From Bugula neritina (lineage: Eukaryota; Animalia; Bryozoa): a DNA stretch of 64,000 nucleotides. Below are positions 44,722 through 58,333 of this stretch, piece after piece (positions within the stretch are counted from its first letter, which is position 1; each line of letters begins with the position of its first letter). Position numbers and translations under genes: made by a program. Location of the stretch: NCBI GenBank assembly GCA_964035545.1, contig OZ037769.1, positions 7,607,929 to 7,671,928 on the forward strand, written 5' to 3'. Under the pieces are notes generated by a model that ran no database searches, was not told the origin of the DNA, and saw nothing but the letters and a program-made list of their open reading frames with translations.

Positions 44722-47700
44722 ATGCTGAATCAATGGAGAAGATTAGCGGCTAAAGTCGTAGGCACAGATAAAACTTACAAAACTAATGCTGCAAAGTTGG
44801 ATAAAAAACTTAAAAAAGCAGCTAAACGTAGATCTAAACAGCTCGACAATATTCTACAGTCAGACTGGAAGAGTGAAAACTCTCGGATTAAGTTGCTATT
44901 ACTCGGTAAGTCACCTAAAATCAAGTTCTGTCACAAAGTTGACTTACTACTTTTTGTGCAAAGTTCCCAATAGCTATAAATTAAAATAGTAAATAGAACC
45001 ACAAACTAACTAATTATTGAGTGTTGCTAATAAATATTATAATACACTTTCATGGTGAGCAAAATATTAATTAAACTTGCTATAATGGTTTTAACTATTA
45101 TACAGGCTAGCAATAACCCTGATATTATAATTTCAGAATCCATTTCAAAATAATAGATGTTAAAGTTGTCTTATTTATATCCTAAATATTAGTATAACGT
45201 GAAGCATTATTGGTACACAATTTAATTAGTAAAATAACATAATCTAGTAATTGTATAAAATCTGACTGATAGGGTGGCCTCATAGAGGTGTGAGAGTAAC
45301 AGTTCAATGTGCTGCTTAACACAGTAAGATCTATAGTCATAATGATGATAAATATTGAGTACCAGTATCTCTAGCTAGTGACATGTTATTAACTTCCATC
45401 ACCATAATTTATATTACTTTTTTCATAGTGACATCATCAAGTATGTAATTATTACATAATAGTTCGAGCATAGATTGCATCACTAACGCTGTAACTATTG
45501 GCACAACTTAGAACAACTACATCATGGTGAAATTTATTTTTTGCAATCAGTATTTTATTTGCATAGAGTTTATTTAGCAGATTAGAAATTTAACTGATGG
45601 TGTAATGTAATTAGTTGATGTCATGGTCTATTGCTATAGTACTGTTCCATCAGTATAACCTTCCTTGTAATATCTTACTATTAGTATAACCTCCCTTGTA
45701 ATCTATTACTATTAGTATAACCTCCCTCGTAATATATTACTATTAGTACAATCTCCCTTGTTTTACCCAGGTCCAGGAGAGGCAGGTAAAAGCACTCTTA
45801 TCAAACAGATGCAACTAATTCATGGGGAATCTATAGAAAATGAGGAGAAGATTAAAAAGATTCCATACATAAGGCAGAACATATTTGACAGCATGGTTGT
45901 AAGTAACTATTTGTGAATTCACTGATTACACAAAAACCATACTATTGCAACACCTGCCATGTACTGGTAGATCTCAAGTATTCCGTAGCCCTTGTAAGTT
46001 GTAAGCACGTAGCTTATATTTGGCAAGAGTTCTATAAACATGTTAGATGTCAACTGTGAGATTTGCTTATTTACTATGCCATGAATTTATTCAATTCGGA
46101 TAATTATTTGTTAATTAATTCTACTAGAGTTGTAAGCAGAAAGGGAAATGGCAAATTTGCTTATTAGTTTACTGTCAGCAGCAATTAATTAGATGTTATG
46201 CTAGGCTGACTGGATGCCATAGAGTTTGGTGCTGTGCTGTAGCCTCCTTGGTTTGTTATTTCAGGCAATATTAGTAGCCATGGAGCAAATGAGTATTCCA
46301 CTATCAAATCCAAGTTTAAAAGACTGTACTCATTCCATACTAAGTAACTCCCAAGTCTACAATCAGAATCTCACTGCCAAAGACATTCTAAACTCAGAGT
46401 ACCTTGCATCTAGTGACATGTTGAGGCATGTACAAATGCTATGGAATGACACTGGTGTCCACAAAGCATATGCACGGTCCAATGAATATCAACTCTTAGA
46501 CTGTGCAGCGTAGTAAGTTGAATTTCTACTCCCATCTCACAATGTAATTTGCAAACATATAAACTTAATATAATTTAAATAATATAAGAAATTGTTTTAA
46601 GAGTCCCTCACAAATTGTTTTCTGATGTTGCAGCTTTTTTGACCGAATAAATGAAATAATCCAAGCTGACTACATTCCAACCGAACAGGATGTATTGCGC
46701 TGCCGTGTTATGTCTACCTCAATCACAGAAACCAGATTCACCGTCCCATACTCTGGACAGAAAGTTAATTTCAAGGTAAAAACCCCAATTAAATATTGAA
46801 AAACGCCCCATTTGCCTAATGCTTGCTTGTAGCAGGTACAACAAGTTGGTCTATAAATACGTTGTTAGCGTGCCACTCCGAGCCACATAGTCTAAGCTGT
46901 AGATACAGTTTTCAGGGTAAATAAATTGAACAGGATGCAATACCATTATTTCTTAATAATCCCGGAATTCCTACAGCTTTCAGATCTGTTTTCAGCTACC
47001 AGCGCATGACTTCCCAAAGCTGAAACAGATTGTGTATCACACTTGATATATCAATACATTTGCCTTTGTGTGGTAAAGCAGATCTATAAATACCGACTAA
47101 ATTCTAGGTATTGGATGTCGGAGGACAGCAAGGCGAGCGAAGAAAATGGATAACGCTTTTTGATGAAGTCACCGCAGTTCTATTTATGCTGGATGCGAGC
47201 AGTTTCGATCAAACGTTGAGGGAAGACAGTAAAACCAGCAGATTACTGGAGTCTCTCAAAGTCTTCTACCAAACTGTAACAACTAGGTAGGTGGTCCATA
47301 ACTTTGCTTTCTTTCAAGTGACTGACTCAGACATGTACTGACAGACCACCTGCAAGAGCCTGTCGTCTATAATCCCAATGCAAGGTCACACGGCTTATAC
47401 TCATAACTAGTACATATTTATTAATATTTGCACTCTTAACATTTCAGAGGACTTAATGGACACTAATTCACTTCATGTGATAAATAATTATATTAATTAG
47501 ATTGCCTAATCACCATAATATTATATTATGCTTATTGCAGGTACCTCCGAAGTGTGTCTATTCTAACATTCATGAATAAGATCGATATACTAAAGGAGAA
47601 AATTGAAAAAGGTGGAGATTTCGCTGCTGCAATTGATCGTCTCAAAGAGCAAGCTGCCTCTTTACTTCAAGACCCTTCATTAGCCAGTAACTTTGAAAGA

Positions 47701-49170
47701 GGGATATATGCCCAGATTTACAATATAGTTTCAACGAACCCCTACAGCACGTTCACACCAACAGGTAAGCTGCCAGCTCCTTGCTATTTGTAAACGGTCC
47801 AATGAAATGCTGCCAAATATGTGCCTAGTTGATAGTACATATGCTACCATTAGCTTAATTATGCAAACTTATTTATGCCTGAGTGTATTATCTCAAAAAA
47901 ATATCCTAACAGCAGCCTTTATCTGCAAGGAAATCTAATGTAAAAATAGATGAATGTATTCATCCTTCTAAATATAGTTTATCTTAGATCTAATGAACTA
48001 ATTTGTAAGCAATGCTAATCAAAGATAATTTAGATCATATCTAAACCTACCTTGCAAGTAAGAATTTCTCATACCGTAGTAATATTTATTGTGTGAAAAG
48101 ACTTAATTAATACCATTCACCCATTCCGGCTATTATTGGTCTATTAGTTCTGCTATGCAATGTGACTCACTGGTCTAGGCTGCCAACCTGCCGTATTAAT
48201 TGGCAGGAGTAATTCTTTAGAACAGTAAACAAGCACATGCTAGTCGCATGTCACGGCCACCCTGCCAATGCTACCTGTCAGCCAATGCCACTAGCTGTTC
48301 AATGAGATCTGTACTTGATCTGCCATCAGTGATGACGCAATTTACCTCTAATGGTCGTGCCACTCCAAACTAATATCTCTTTCGCAATGCAGCTGACATC
48401 TGCAATTTTTATATTACAACAAAAATAAGAATTATTTTGGTGTTAATACAAACCAAATAATGTTTTATTTTAATATTTTTTAGATCACGACCAAAAAGAG
48501 GTGAAAGAATCCTTTTCGCATTTCGCTAAAAATTACAGCACAGAAGTAGATTTCAATCAGAATGGCAGATATTCAGTTTCGTCTTCCGCTACTTCCCTCA
48601 CCAAAAGATTTCTCTCAAAGAAGACTAAAAGGCCATCTGATTCCATCCCTGAGTTGGACTATAAAGTGCTCAAGGCCGCTGCATACCTCAAGTTTATTCT
48701 GATGGTAAATTTATTTACAATGTACTTTGTTTTGGAATATTTTGTCCAAATAATTTCTTGGGTTTAATTAATACTATCCCATATTTAATTGATGTGAAAC
48801 AATTTTACAATCAATTTCTTCCTGATAACTCTTGTTTTTAATACTTTATATGTGTAGCTAGTTACCTGTTTGCCCCTGCATATACGGTGTATATGTTTAG
48901 ACTTAACATTATATCTTTAAACTCGCATGCAATACATACAATTAATTTCAATATTCTATCTATTTTTAGCAAATCGTTGAGTCAGTAAAGATGTGTCCGA
49001 AATATAACTTTCAGTCAACGATAGACATGTCACTGGACACCGGCTTTCGATCCTATGAGTACAATTACACCTGCGCAGTTGACAGACTCAACATACAGCG
49101 AGTGATAGAGGGGTGTAAGAACATCATCATACGAGATTATTTCACTAAAATTGGCATTTCGTTGGATTAA
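44722..49170 (+). CDS. Divergent heterotrimeric G-protein alpha subunit, Gs-class-like, 508 aa, 8 exons
   Basis: Exons 44722-44905, 45771-45898, 46265-46512, 46634-46775, 47108-47286, 47541-47764, 48484-48704, 48970-49170, in phase. G1 KLLLLGPGEAGKST, G2 QDVLRCRVMST, G3 DVGGQQGERRKWI, G4 FMNKID, G5 TCAVD. RSNEYQLLDCA, LRCRV and TCAVD are Gs-type signatures. Confidence 0.93.
45650..45760. repeat. 31-bp tandem repeat (~3.5 copies) ending at the G-alpha exon 2 acceptor
   Basis: AGTATAACCTCCCTTGTAATCTATTACTATT-like units; the last copy runs into TTTTACCCAG. Confidence 0.8.
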
Positions 49171-50029
49171 TTTCGAACTTCGTCTGATTGGATTGAGGAT
49201 GTTTTCTAACACCTCGTTGGTTTCCAGATGTCTTTATTGGTTAACCCAAGCTCCTATATTCAATACTTATTTTCAACAATCACATTTCAGCCTATGTGAT
49301 ACAATCCTGTACTTTCGTTTTTATATTATATGTTAGAAACTTTTAATTACTAGTATTAAAAGTTCTGAATTTCTATTTTTGTGATTCGAATTATGAATTA
49401 GCCTAAATTCATGATGGCATATTATTTAATCTTACTGTTGGGGGACATTATATTAGCAATGATCTTTTGATCTGCCAAGTGAACTACATTCACTATATCG
49501 ACCAATAGAATTCATTTTTCTATTGTCAACAGTTATAAATTATTCTGTACTTACACTTACTGTTCTATTAACTTTTCTATTCAACAACTACCAGTGAATT
49601 CCAGATAGTATTTTTAATGCCATTGTTTCTGTAATGTAATTAAATGCTGTATATATTTTTGTTTTGCTGTATATAGTTTTATAAAATAATTTATTACAAG
49701 TTTTACTCTATGGTCGCCGGGCCCAGTGCTGAATTTTTGTGATATATAGAAGCTGCTGTAGCATATTTTTCATTGCATTTTTTTACTATTCGTTTTCCCA
49801 GAATAAAGATACTTAATAAAGTAGGTTACTCTTAATGCTTGAGTATTTTACTTGCAAATTTAGACACAATGGTAACTGGGGCAAACTATAAATAACGATC
49901 AGGGGAATCCCAACTGTGTACAAACTTTATTGAACGCTAACTGAGACTTTTATAAACACTGTAGAATGTAGATGTCTAAAATCAGCTATATCCCTGTTGT
50001 TATTGCTGAGTTGTAATATCTCGGTGCAA

Positions 50030-50115
50030 AACTTTTGCCCCCACTGGGCTTCGAACCACAGACCTCCGATTCGCAAGCAGGCGAGCTAACAAATTACAGC
50101 ACAGGGGCCACTGGT
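50030..50115 (-). mobile_element. tRNA-derived SINE-like head or tRNA pseudogene
   Basis: Minus strand GCCCCTGTGCTGTAATTTGTTAGCTCGCCTGCTTGCGAATCGGAGGTCTGTGGTTCGAAGCCCAGTGGGGGCA: A-box-like region, B box GGTTCGAAGCC, acceptor-like ends, but a broken anticodon stem. Confidence 0.6.
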
Positions 50116-51882
50116 AAACACACCCCTACACTCCGAACCTTAATTTTTACTATTCACAGCACATATTAAAGCTGGAATCTGTTTTATTGTCTGATTATTT
50201 GTACAAAACACACATGCAGCTTCTGAATGACATACTTATGTATCAATACTCAGTAAAGTGAAGTAGAAAGTCCAAATTGGTGTAGACTTTGGCCAAGAGC
50301 TGTGAGGAGAGGGTATAGCTGCATACAATACGACTGCCAAAAGAAATCTTGTTGTTGGATTTTGCAGTTTTGTTACGTCAATAGCGTTGATATGAATGAA
50401 AACAATGTGCAGTCTGCAGTAACATTTGCTGACTTTATTTATAAAATCATTATATATCAGACAGACAGACAGACAGGGTTGCTGCCTGATTTTCAATCTT
50501 GTCACTGAGACGGATACAGTATTATGATCCTGAGTTTCGTTTTCTCAGTAATACAAATACAGATTGTCAACATTAAACAAACCTCAAACTAAGACACCTG
50601 AGCTATGCAGGTTTTGGCACACAGTCAAACATATATCCCTAAATAACACATATTTTGGGAGCAAATATCTCTAGGACCGGAAGGGGGCTCTTGCAAACCT
50701 ATACAGTTTTTAAAACTTTTTTGATTTAATTTAACGATTGAGCTCTGCACAGGATGCAGCTAGCATTCTTCGCTCGAGAAAGTCATTTAAAGTTAACGTA
50801 CAAATATATAGTGTATCTTATATATGCAGCTTGTAACGTACACTACTTGCTCAGTGGCATACAGTACATATATACTTAAACATTATAATTCATACAATTT
50901 ACTTGTATTTCAATGGACTCTTGTGACAAAGGCTCTAATTGAGTTATATAGCGAATGCTTTCAAAATGATTGTCAAAATACTTGCATAATAATTATAATT
51001 TCTAATTTTCAGATATGATCAGTAATTGTGTAGATTTGCAGAAGCAAAGACACGTTAGTGGGTGCTGCTGGTTCTTGTAAATCACACGATGTTGATATGG
51101 TGGCTACAGATATACTTCTTACATACACAACGTATCCATACTGTGTTGTAAATAATAAGTTGGTAGTCTACTAATCTATCAGATTTAGATTATCATGTGT
51201 GCAGTGCGTGCAGGGTTTATCGGATCACACCACGTAGTCCTTCAGAAGGCTGGATAAACACAAATACCGCCTTGTATAAATCTGCAGCCATACATGGTGA
51301 GACAGAGTTGGGAGTCAAAGAGAAGATTGACAAGACAGAGTTGGGAGTCAAGGAGATGGAGATCATATAACCAATTGTAAGATCATCTATAATAGTAATT
51401 ACAATGAGACAATGTTTTGTTTCTATAGGTGTGATTGTCTTTTTTATTTTATATCTTTTCCTGTGCCAACATCCTATGGCCTATAATAGCATCATGTTGA
51501 TATCATAATACACGATGCAGTTTTTCTACCTGAAATAATACTGCAGACTGTTATCTTGTATAGCAGGTAGTATTCAACAGAGGGAAGGTTTCTTTGTAAT
51601 TATTAAAATTGTGTTTTATCTAAATTACCTTTGAACGTTTCTACAGTATTGTAAATCCTAAACATCAATCGTCACTACTGTGCAGAGCTAGTCTAGCTAA
51701 CTTGGCTCTCTTCGACTAGTCTTCCATCAGTCTGAATGCTATTTTAGATCGGTCCAAGACATGTCTATAATAACATTTAGCATGCTACCAGCTTTATTCC
51801 ATCAAAATAACACACTTTTCTATAGCAACATTACATTATTCATGTTCATATTGTATTTTAAGATATTTCCAGCATGTTTATC

Positions 51883-52198
51883 GTGTTATACAGTGTGTTA
51901 TACAGTGCGTTATACAGTGCGTTATACAGTGCGTTATACAGTGCGGTATACTGTGCGTTATACAGTGTAGTATACAGTGTGTTATACAGTGTGTTATACA
52001 GTGTGTTATACAGTGTAGTATACAGTATGTTATACAGTGTGTTATACAGTGTGTTATACAGTGTAGTATACAGTGTGTTATACAGTGTGTTATACAGTGT
52101 AGTATACAGTGTAGTATACAGTGCGTTATACAGTGCGTTATACAGTGTGCTATACAGTGTGTTATACAGTGGAGTATACAGTGGAGTATACAGTGTGT
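51883..52198. repeat. 12-bp minisatellite (TATACAGTGTGT), ~26 copies
   Basis: Direct reading; explains the LYSV/HCIT ORFs. Confidence 0.95.
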
Positions 52199-55100
52199 AC
52201 CCATTGATTATTAACATGATTCTATAACTGTACATGTAACATAGTTGGTCAGTCTGTCTAGAGACTGATTAATTATTAAATTAATGAATAGGAACTGGGA
52301 ATCCATATATAATATTAGTTTACAAAGTTATTTTTAGCATAAATATGAATATATTCATAACTAAATGCATTATATGTCTGCTCTACATGATGTAATGAGA
52401 ACGTGACTCCAAATAGAAGCTGAATTCTTGTGATAAATATAGCTTTCAATAACTTCATTTTTGTGAGAAATGTTGAACCAGCTTATTTAAGTTTTTGTAG
52501 CTCATTATATGCCCACCTACAGTGTTGCCCCGGCAGGTAATCATTTCAGCAAAACACTTCCTTTAACTCCCTGGCATATGAACAACTGTGTTGTCTGTTT
52601 TCATTGAAATGTGAAATATATTACCTGGGCACTTTTCCAATTTTTAATTTTTTGTCAATTGGAAAAGCATCATTTAATATATGTTTGTATGATTTAGCAT
52701 GATTATCGACCTATAGCATTGCGTGTTTTTATAATTAAATAATACTTCAATTGTTTTTTGCAAATATTTGTTTATTTTTGAATCCTATTAGAATAATTGT
52801 AAAAAATTAAGTCTGCAACCAGTCTGCTGTGTAGAGATTACTGAGTATACACTTTACCAACTGACTTGGCATGAGATCAACTACCGGAATATACCATATA
52901 ACATCCATTATTTAGTGCTAATCATAGAATTTTCTATACCAGATGAATTTTACACTAGCAGAACAACTTATGAGACAATATTGTTTATTATTGAGTTGAG
53001 AAACATATTTAACAGCTAAGATGGTGTAGTAAAAATAACGCAAGTAATTATTGGTTCCAGCGTTTTTGGTGGTAAATCGATGAGCGTATCCTTAACGAAA
53101 GGACAGGTGTGGACGTGCTACACTCGTATCTAGGACTGCATGACCCTGCTAATAGATGCACAATGGCACACCATTCAGGCATGTGCTTCAAAGTGTCAAC
53201 CTAATCTTCGCTATTTCACATCATATATTAGAGAAATGTCATTACACGCCACTCCATCTACTAGCACTTTAGTATGACTTTATACTGTATTATATTGTCT
53301 TGTCATCATTATTTTTGCATATATCCAATATAACAGGATCTACTGGGTTGGAGGATATAAATTTGTACAGGGGGCGGTCAATATAGTGAAGAGATTAATT
53401 GTGCTGGGCAAGTGTTATATATATTTATCTTGTGCAGATATTCCCCGGGAATGTAAATAGCCACCATTTTAGTTGATATTTCATGTCGGTCTAAAAGAAA
53501 TCGTCACGAAACAACTAGTCTAACATGTTAAATTGATTCAACTTCAAATTTAAAATTACTGCACTGTTTTCTTCTTTTACAAAAGTGTTATTATATTTAT
53601 TCTTTTTAGATATTAGAGGGACATAAATTTTTCTGCTTTGAATTTGAATTTTGTAAAATTTTTGCTTTTATTGAAATATTGCTCACATTTCTATTAAGTA
53701 GATGATATCATCATGTATATTGTTTAATATATTAGATTATATTGCCAATGCAAATAGTACACTTTAAGTTTAGCCACATACATCTCACATCCAAGAAAAG
53801 TTCTGTGGGTTGTAAGCTAGACAGCAAACGCTAACAAAGGATTGTAGGCTAAGAAACTAAGGCGAGAAAAGACAGTAGGCTAAGCTTGCAATGATATCAC
53901 AATATAAAAATTTACGCGTGCATAAAATACTTACATTACGTAAATCTCTCCTCTTAATACATTTAAAGTTGCTTTTTACTAGGTTTTAATCAGGAATTAA
54001 GTATATATGTATATATATATAACCTTTCGCATGGCTAAGCCATGCTCCACCAGGACCTATTCACTTTTGCTGGTCAACAAATTGTTATACTAAAGTCGTT
54101 TTCTAGAACAACAGGATTATTTATTTTACTAATAATACCATGAATCATCAAAATTTAATATTGCCACTAAAAAACATAACTTGCATTGACCTTGCAACAA
54201 AATATTATTCTGTAATGATTGATTGATTGATTGATAGTTTGTATAATGTTGCTATAGTTAGGTGATGTTTACATTTCAAAAGCACAGACCAAGCAAAAAT
54301 GATTGAAAGCGAAAATTGCAAGTTGAAATATAAACTACATGGTTACATAATTGACGGCTATGCGATTACCTTGTACTAGTGCTCAGATGAAAAAAATATG
54401 TTTAGTAACAACCATTACACTATTAAAGCTTGCAGATAGATCAAGGAGATAAACATAAAAGAAAAGTGGTCACAAACGCTGTGCCAACTACAAGACATAG
54501 AACATGCAGTGATTATCAACAGTCAAAAATATACTGGTACCTTTAAAAATGGCTTTAGATGTCTTTCTGGTTCAATAAAATAGCTTACTTGTGATATTTA
54601 TATATGCAGCCAGCAAGCTTAAGTCAACAACTTTATATACTAAGAGTTATAGCCATCATCCAAAAGATATTTCAAGACTTACACACTGAATCCAGTCTAA
54701 ATTAAGACTTGAAATAGAAACCCTTATATATGCAAGTATTATATTACATTGTGTACAACACAGTGCAATACATGCGCCACTGTCTATAATCGAACAACTA
54801 AGCTGGAGAATATTGCGACGGACTGGTCACTAGATGTATGCCATTCTGTTTGAAATAAAGTTCAGGTGTAGACAACTGCTGCCAGCAACCTGTTCATTCT
54901 GTCAAATAATTAAAGCACACTGTTTTGAAAGCAATGGATGTAGTATCAATTTGTCAATTTTCAGAAATATTAGGGAAGGATAAACTTAAAAAATTCTGGA
55001 GAGCTCTTATTCTCATGCCGTGTTTTAGGCATGATGGAAGACCATATTGCAGAGTTACATGGCAGCTAGAAGCATAAATTTATAATAGATTGCTACCATT

Positions 55101-55314
55101 CACTGCTAACAGATCCAATGACATGTGACGTATGGGAGGTTATACTGCCCCCCTCCTAGTAAATTCACTTTGGCTACTTTTAGTTGCTATAGAAAACAAG
55201 GCTAGCCGAAGGTGTTAAAATGCATTTTGTTAAACCTCATGGGTTGATTTCCTGGGGCAGATTCTATGACCATATATCCAAACTTTTAGTGGCAGATATA
55301 TTAGGTTGCTTTAG

Positions 55315-55377
55315 ACACACACACCCACACACACACCCACACCCACACCCACACCCACACCCACACCCACACCCACA

Positions 55378-55472
<95 letters not shown>
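55315..55472. repeat. (CACACC)n/(CA)n microsatellite
   Basis: Direct reading. Confidence 0.97.
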
Positions 55473-55473
<1 letters not shown>

Positions 55474-57048
55474 CTGCTTACAGCAGCTGTACACAGATTG
55501 AGGCATGAATTGATACAACCTTGTAGCTTTACACAGAGAACCAATTGCTGGATTCACATGAGAATCAGGTAGATAGCAATGAAGTCTTAAGAGAAACTTC
55601 TTATACTCAGTGAGACTTACAGTTTGCTATATATATAAGGGTAATGATGGTTCAGTATTTTATGCGGTATGCTGTGTGTTATCGCCCAGAAATCTAGTAT
55701 ATGTTGACTCTGCGATACTTGGTTTATCTAACTTCATAAATACATTCTTTCTGCATACATCTGGATCATTTCTAAACTGCTAAATTATTAATAATAAGCC
55801 AACAAGTTAATGTTGAAAAGTTTTAAACGGAGCTGGTAAATCAAAAATGCTTGTCAGCATGCTGGTGCATCATGGCATCACTCAACTTCATTAGTGCGAA
55901 CTTATAAGAGGAAAGGTTTTGCCCTTTAAATAAAAATAGTTGCTGTTAGTATATAACTTTACACAGTAATAAACTTCAATAAGTTGGTTAGAAATAAGCT
56001 ATTCCATTATTAGCACGCAATATAAATCAAATGTTCAGCAAAGTTAATAGAAATAAATAATATATTCTCTGTACTGGCATATAAATATATTATAGAGGTT
56101 AGTTTAGCCATTGAGACTGATATTCTAGGGTATACCAGGGGATTACCAACTGGAAATGTTATTACATCAATGCCATAGTTATTCTACTCTGCAAATTTCA
56201 CACCCTTGAGGCAAGGTCTATGATCGACATGAAGGTTAATAAAGTACGAAAACCGGTGCAACTTATTGGCAGCCACGGACAAATTTTAGTTTTAATCCCA
56301 ATTATAACTACTCTTATATTGAAGCAGCTAAGTTTTATTCTGGACAAAAATTCGAAGCTGATATGTGTCAAACATGAAATACACGACATTTAACAAGTTT
56401 GCTGGCTAGTTCTAATCTGCAAATGTGATTTTTGAGCTTGCTAGCTAATGTTGATTATTTCAAACTATCTCAATGATGAAACTTTTCACGCCACTACCTG
56501 TTTCTATAAAAACAGTAAACTACTTAAAGCCGGCAACTTATAGTTGCAGAAATAGAATAATTTCCTTACATATTAACATGATATATTGATTTAATGAAGC
56601 TATTTCATACAGCTTGTATTTTATAGATACATGATTTCCTTTTATAAAATGCCATTCCTGCAATAACTTATAAGTGTAGAAAAATTTTAATGGAAGAAAA
56701 AAAGTAATGATAAACTGATCAATAATGGTCATTAAGATTACTTCCTGGTTGAGACATCTGCTTCTTGGGTGATTCAAGCAAGTCTTGATTGATAGCCAGA
56801 CCCATTCTAGAAATCCTGCAAACATGGATTGCACCAGTACAAAAGAGTATGGCATGGCAAGGACGTATATTAGCCATATTTCAGTCGTATGCAAAATATG
56901 AGAGAGGCCTTGCTTCAGTCTTTTCTGGGCTTAAACACGATTTATGCGAATCCTTGTTTAGTTGTAAATTTATCTGCGATAATCTACATCTAATCTTTGA
57001 CCAGATATATATATTTGCGAGCACCAAGTGCATCCTGTCAAATGCTGT

Positions 57049-57283
57049 TTATATACAACATGTGTGTGCTATACAGTTGATATATATAACATGTGTGTGT
57101 GCTATACAGTTGGTATATAAAACATGTGTGTGTGCTATACAGTTGGTATATATAACATGTGTGTGTGCTATACAGTTGGTATATATAATGTGTGTGTGCT
57201 ATACAGTTGGTATATATAACATGTGTGTGTGCTATACAGTTGGTATATATAACATGTATGTGCTATACAGTTGGTACATACAG
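57049..57283. repeat. ~33-bp minisatellite (ATATAACATGTGTGTGTGCTATACAGTTGGTAT), ~7 copies
   Basis: Direct reading. Confidence 0.92.
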
Positions 57284-58207
57284 CAATATTTGAGAAAACC
57301 GTAACTGAAGTCAAGTCAAGGTGAAAACCATTACAAAAATACCTAACATTATAGGATCTTGTTTTTCAAATAATAAGCTTTTAAGCATTTATAGATCTAC
57401 CTTTTAACAGGCTACAAATTTCCCACAAATTTTGATAAATTCTTTTTTTACACCTGAAGCTGTTTTTGAAACATTAAATTTTCATTGAGTACCCAATGTT
57501 TTTAAAACTGTGGAGAATAAAACAGTTTATGTACAAAGTTTTATTACAGTTCAACATTACACAACATAGCATCATAAAGTGCATGGCTCACTTTTCTTCT
57601 GAATCCACCATAAGTAGCGCTATAAACTCAAAACACTGAAGTATCTACAGTATTTATCACAAAGTAACAGAAAGCCAAGACATAAACAAAACACAAGCTA
57701 TATCTACTGAAAAGCTTTGCTATGCATTACCATTGTGGAGTCCTAGCTTTTTCTCTATACAAACAAGAGTACAGATTTGAGGTAATGTGTGAGACACAAT
57801 TGATTATTCTTGTACTGAAATACATAGTTGGAATTTGCATGTGCATGGGGTATCTAAAACTGAACAAAAATATGAGAATTTGCAAGTATTGCAGTATTTG
57901 AGAAAACCAATAAATTACGGGTTAAATGAAAAAACTTTAGATTTGAGAATGTTAATTAATAGCTAATATCTTACAAATGGTATCACTAGAACTTACGATT
58001 CAAATGCATTCTAATATTATATTTAAGCCCCTACTCCAAGTGGTTGCTAGTCCACCCTTGAGCGGCGTTGAAAGGTACCCCCTGTGCTTAGAAGTGACTG
58101 TTGGCTTTACCAAGGGCTATGGTATATTATATATTATACACATTAGCCATTTTCCTAGTCAATAGAAGTAGGCCAAGTTGTGAGGTACAACACATAATAA
58201 AGATCTC

Positions 58208-58333
<126 letters not shown>

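Noticed and set aside
50030-50115. Functional tRNA gene
   Set aside because: The anticodon and D stems do not pair properly and a diverged second copy exists, so it is treated as SINE-like.
56789-57304. 171-aa ORF
   Set aside because: Non-ATG start, half of it is a 33-bp minisatellite, and it has no recognisable domain.
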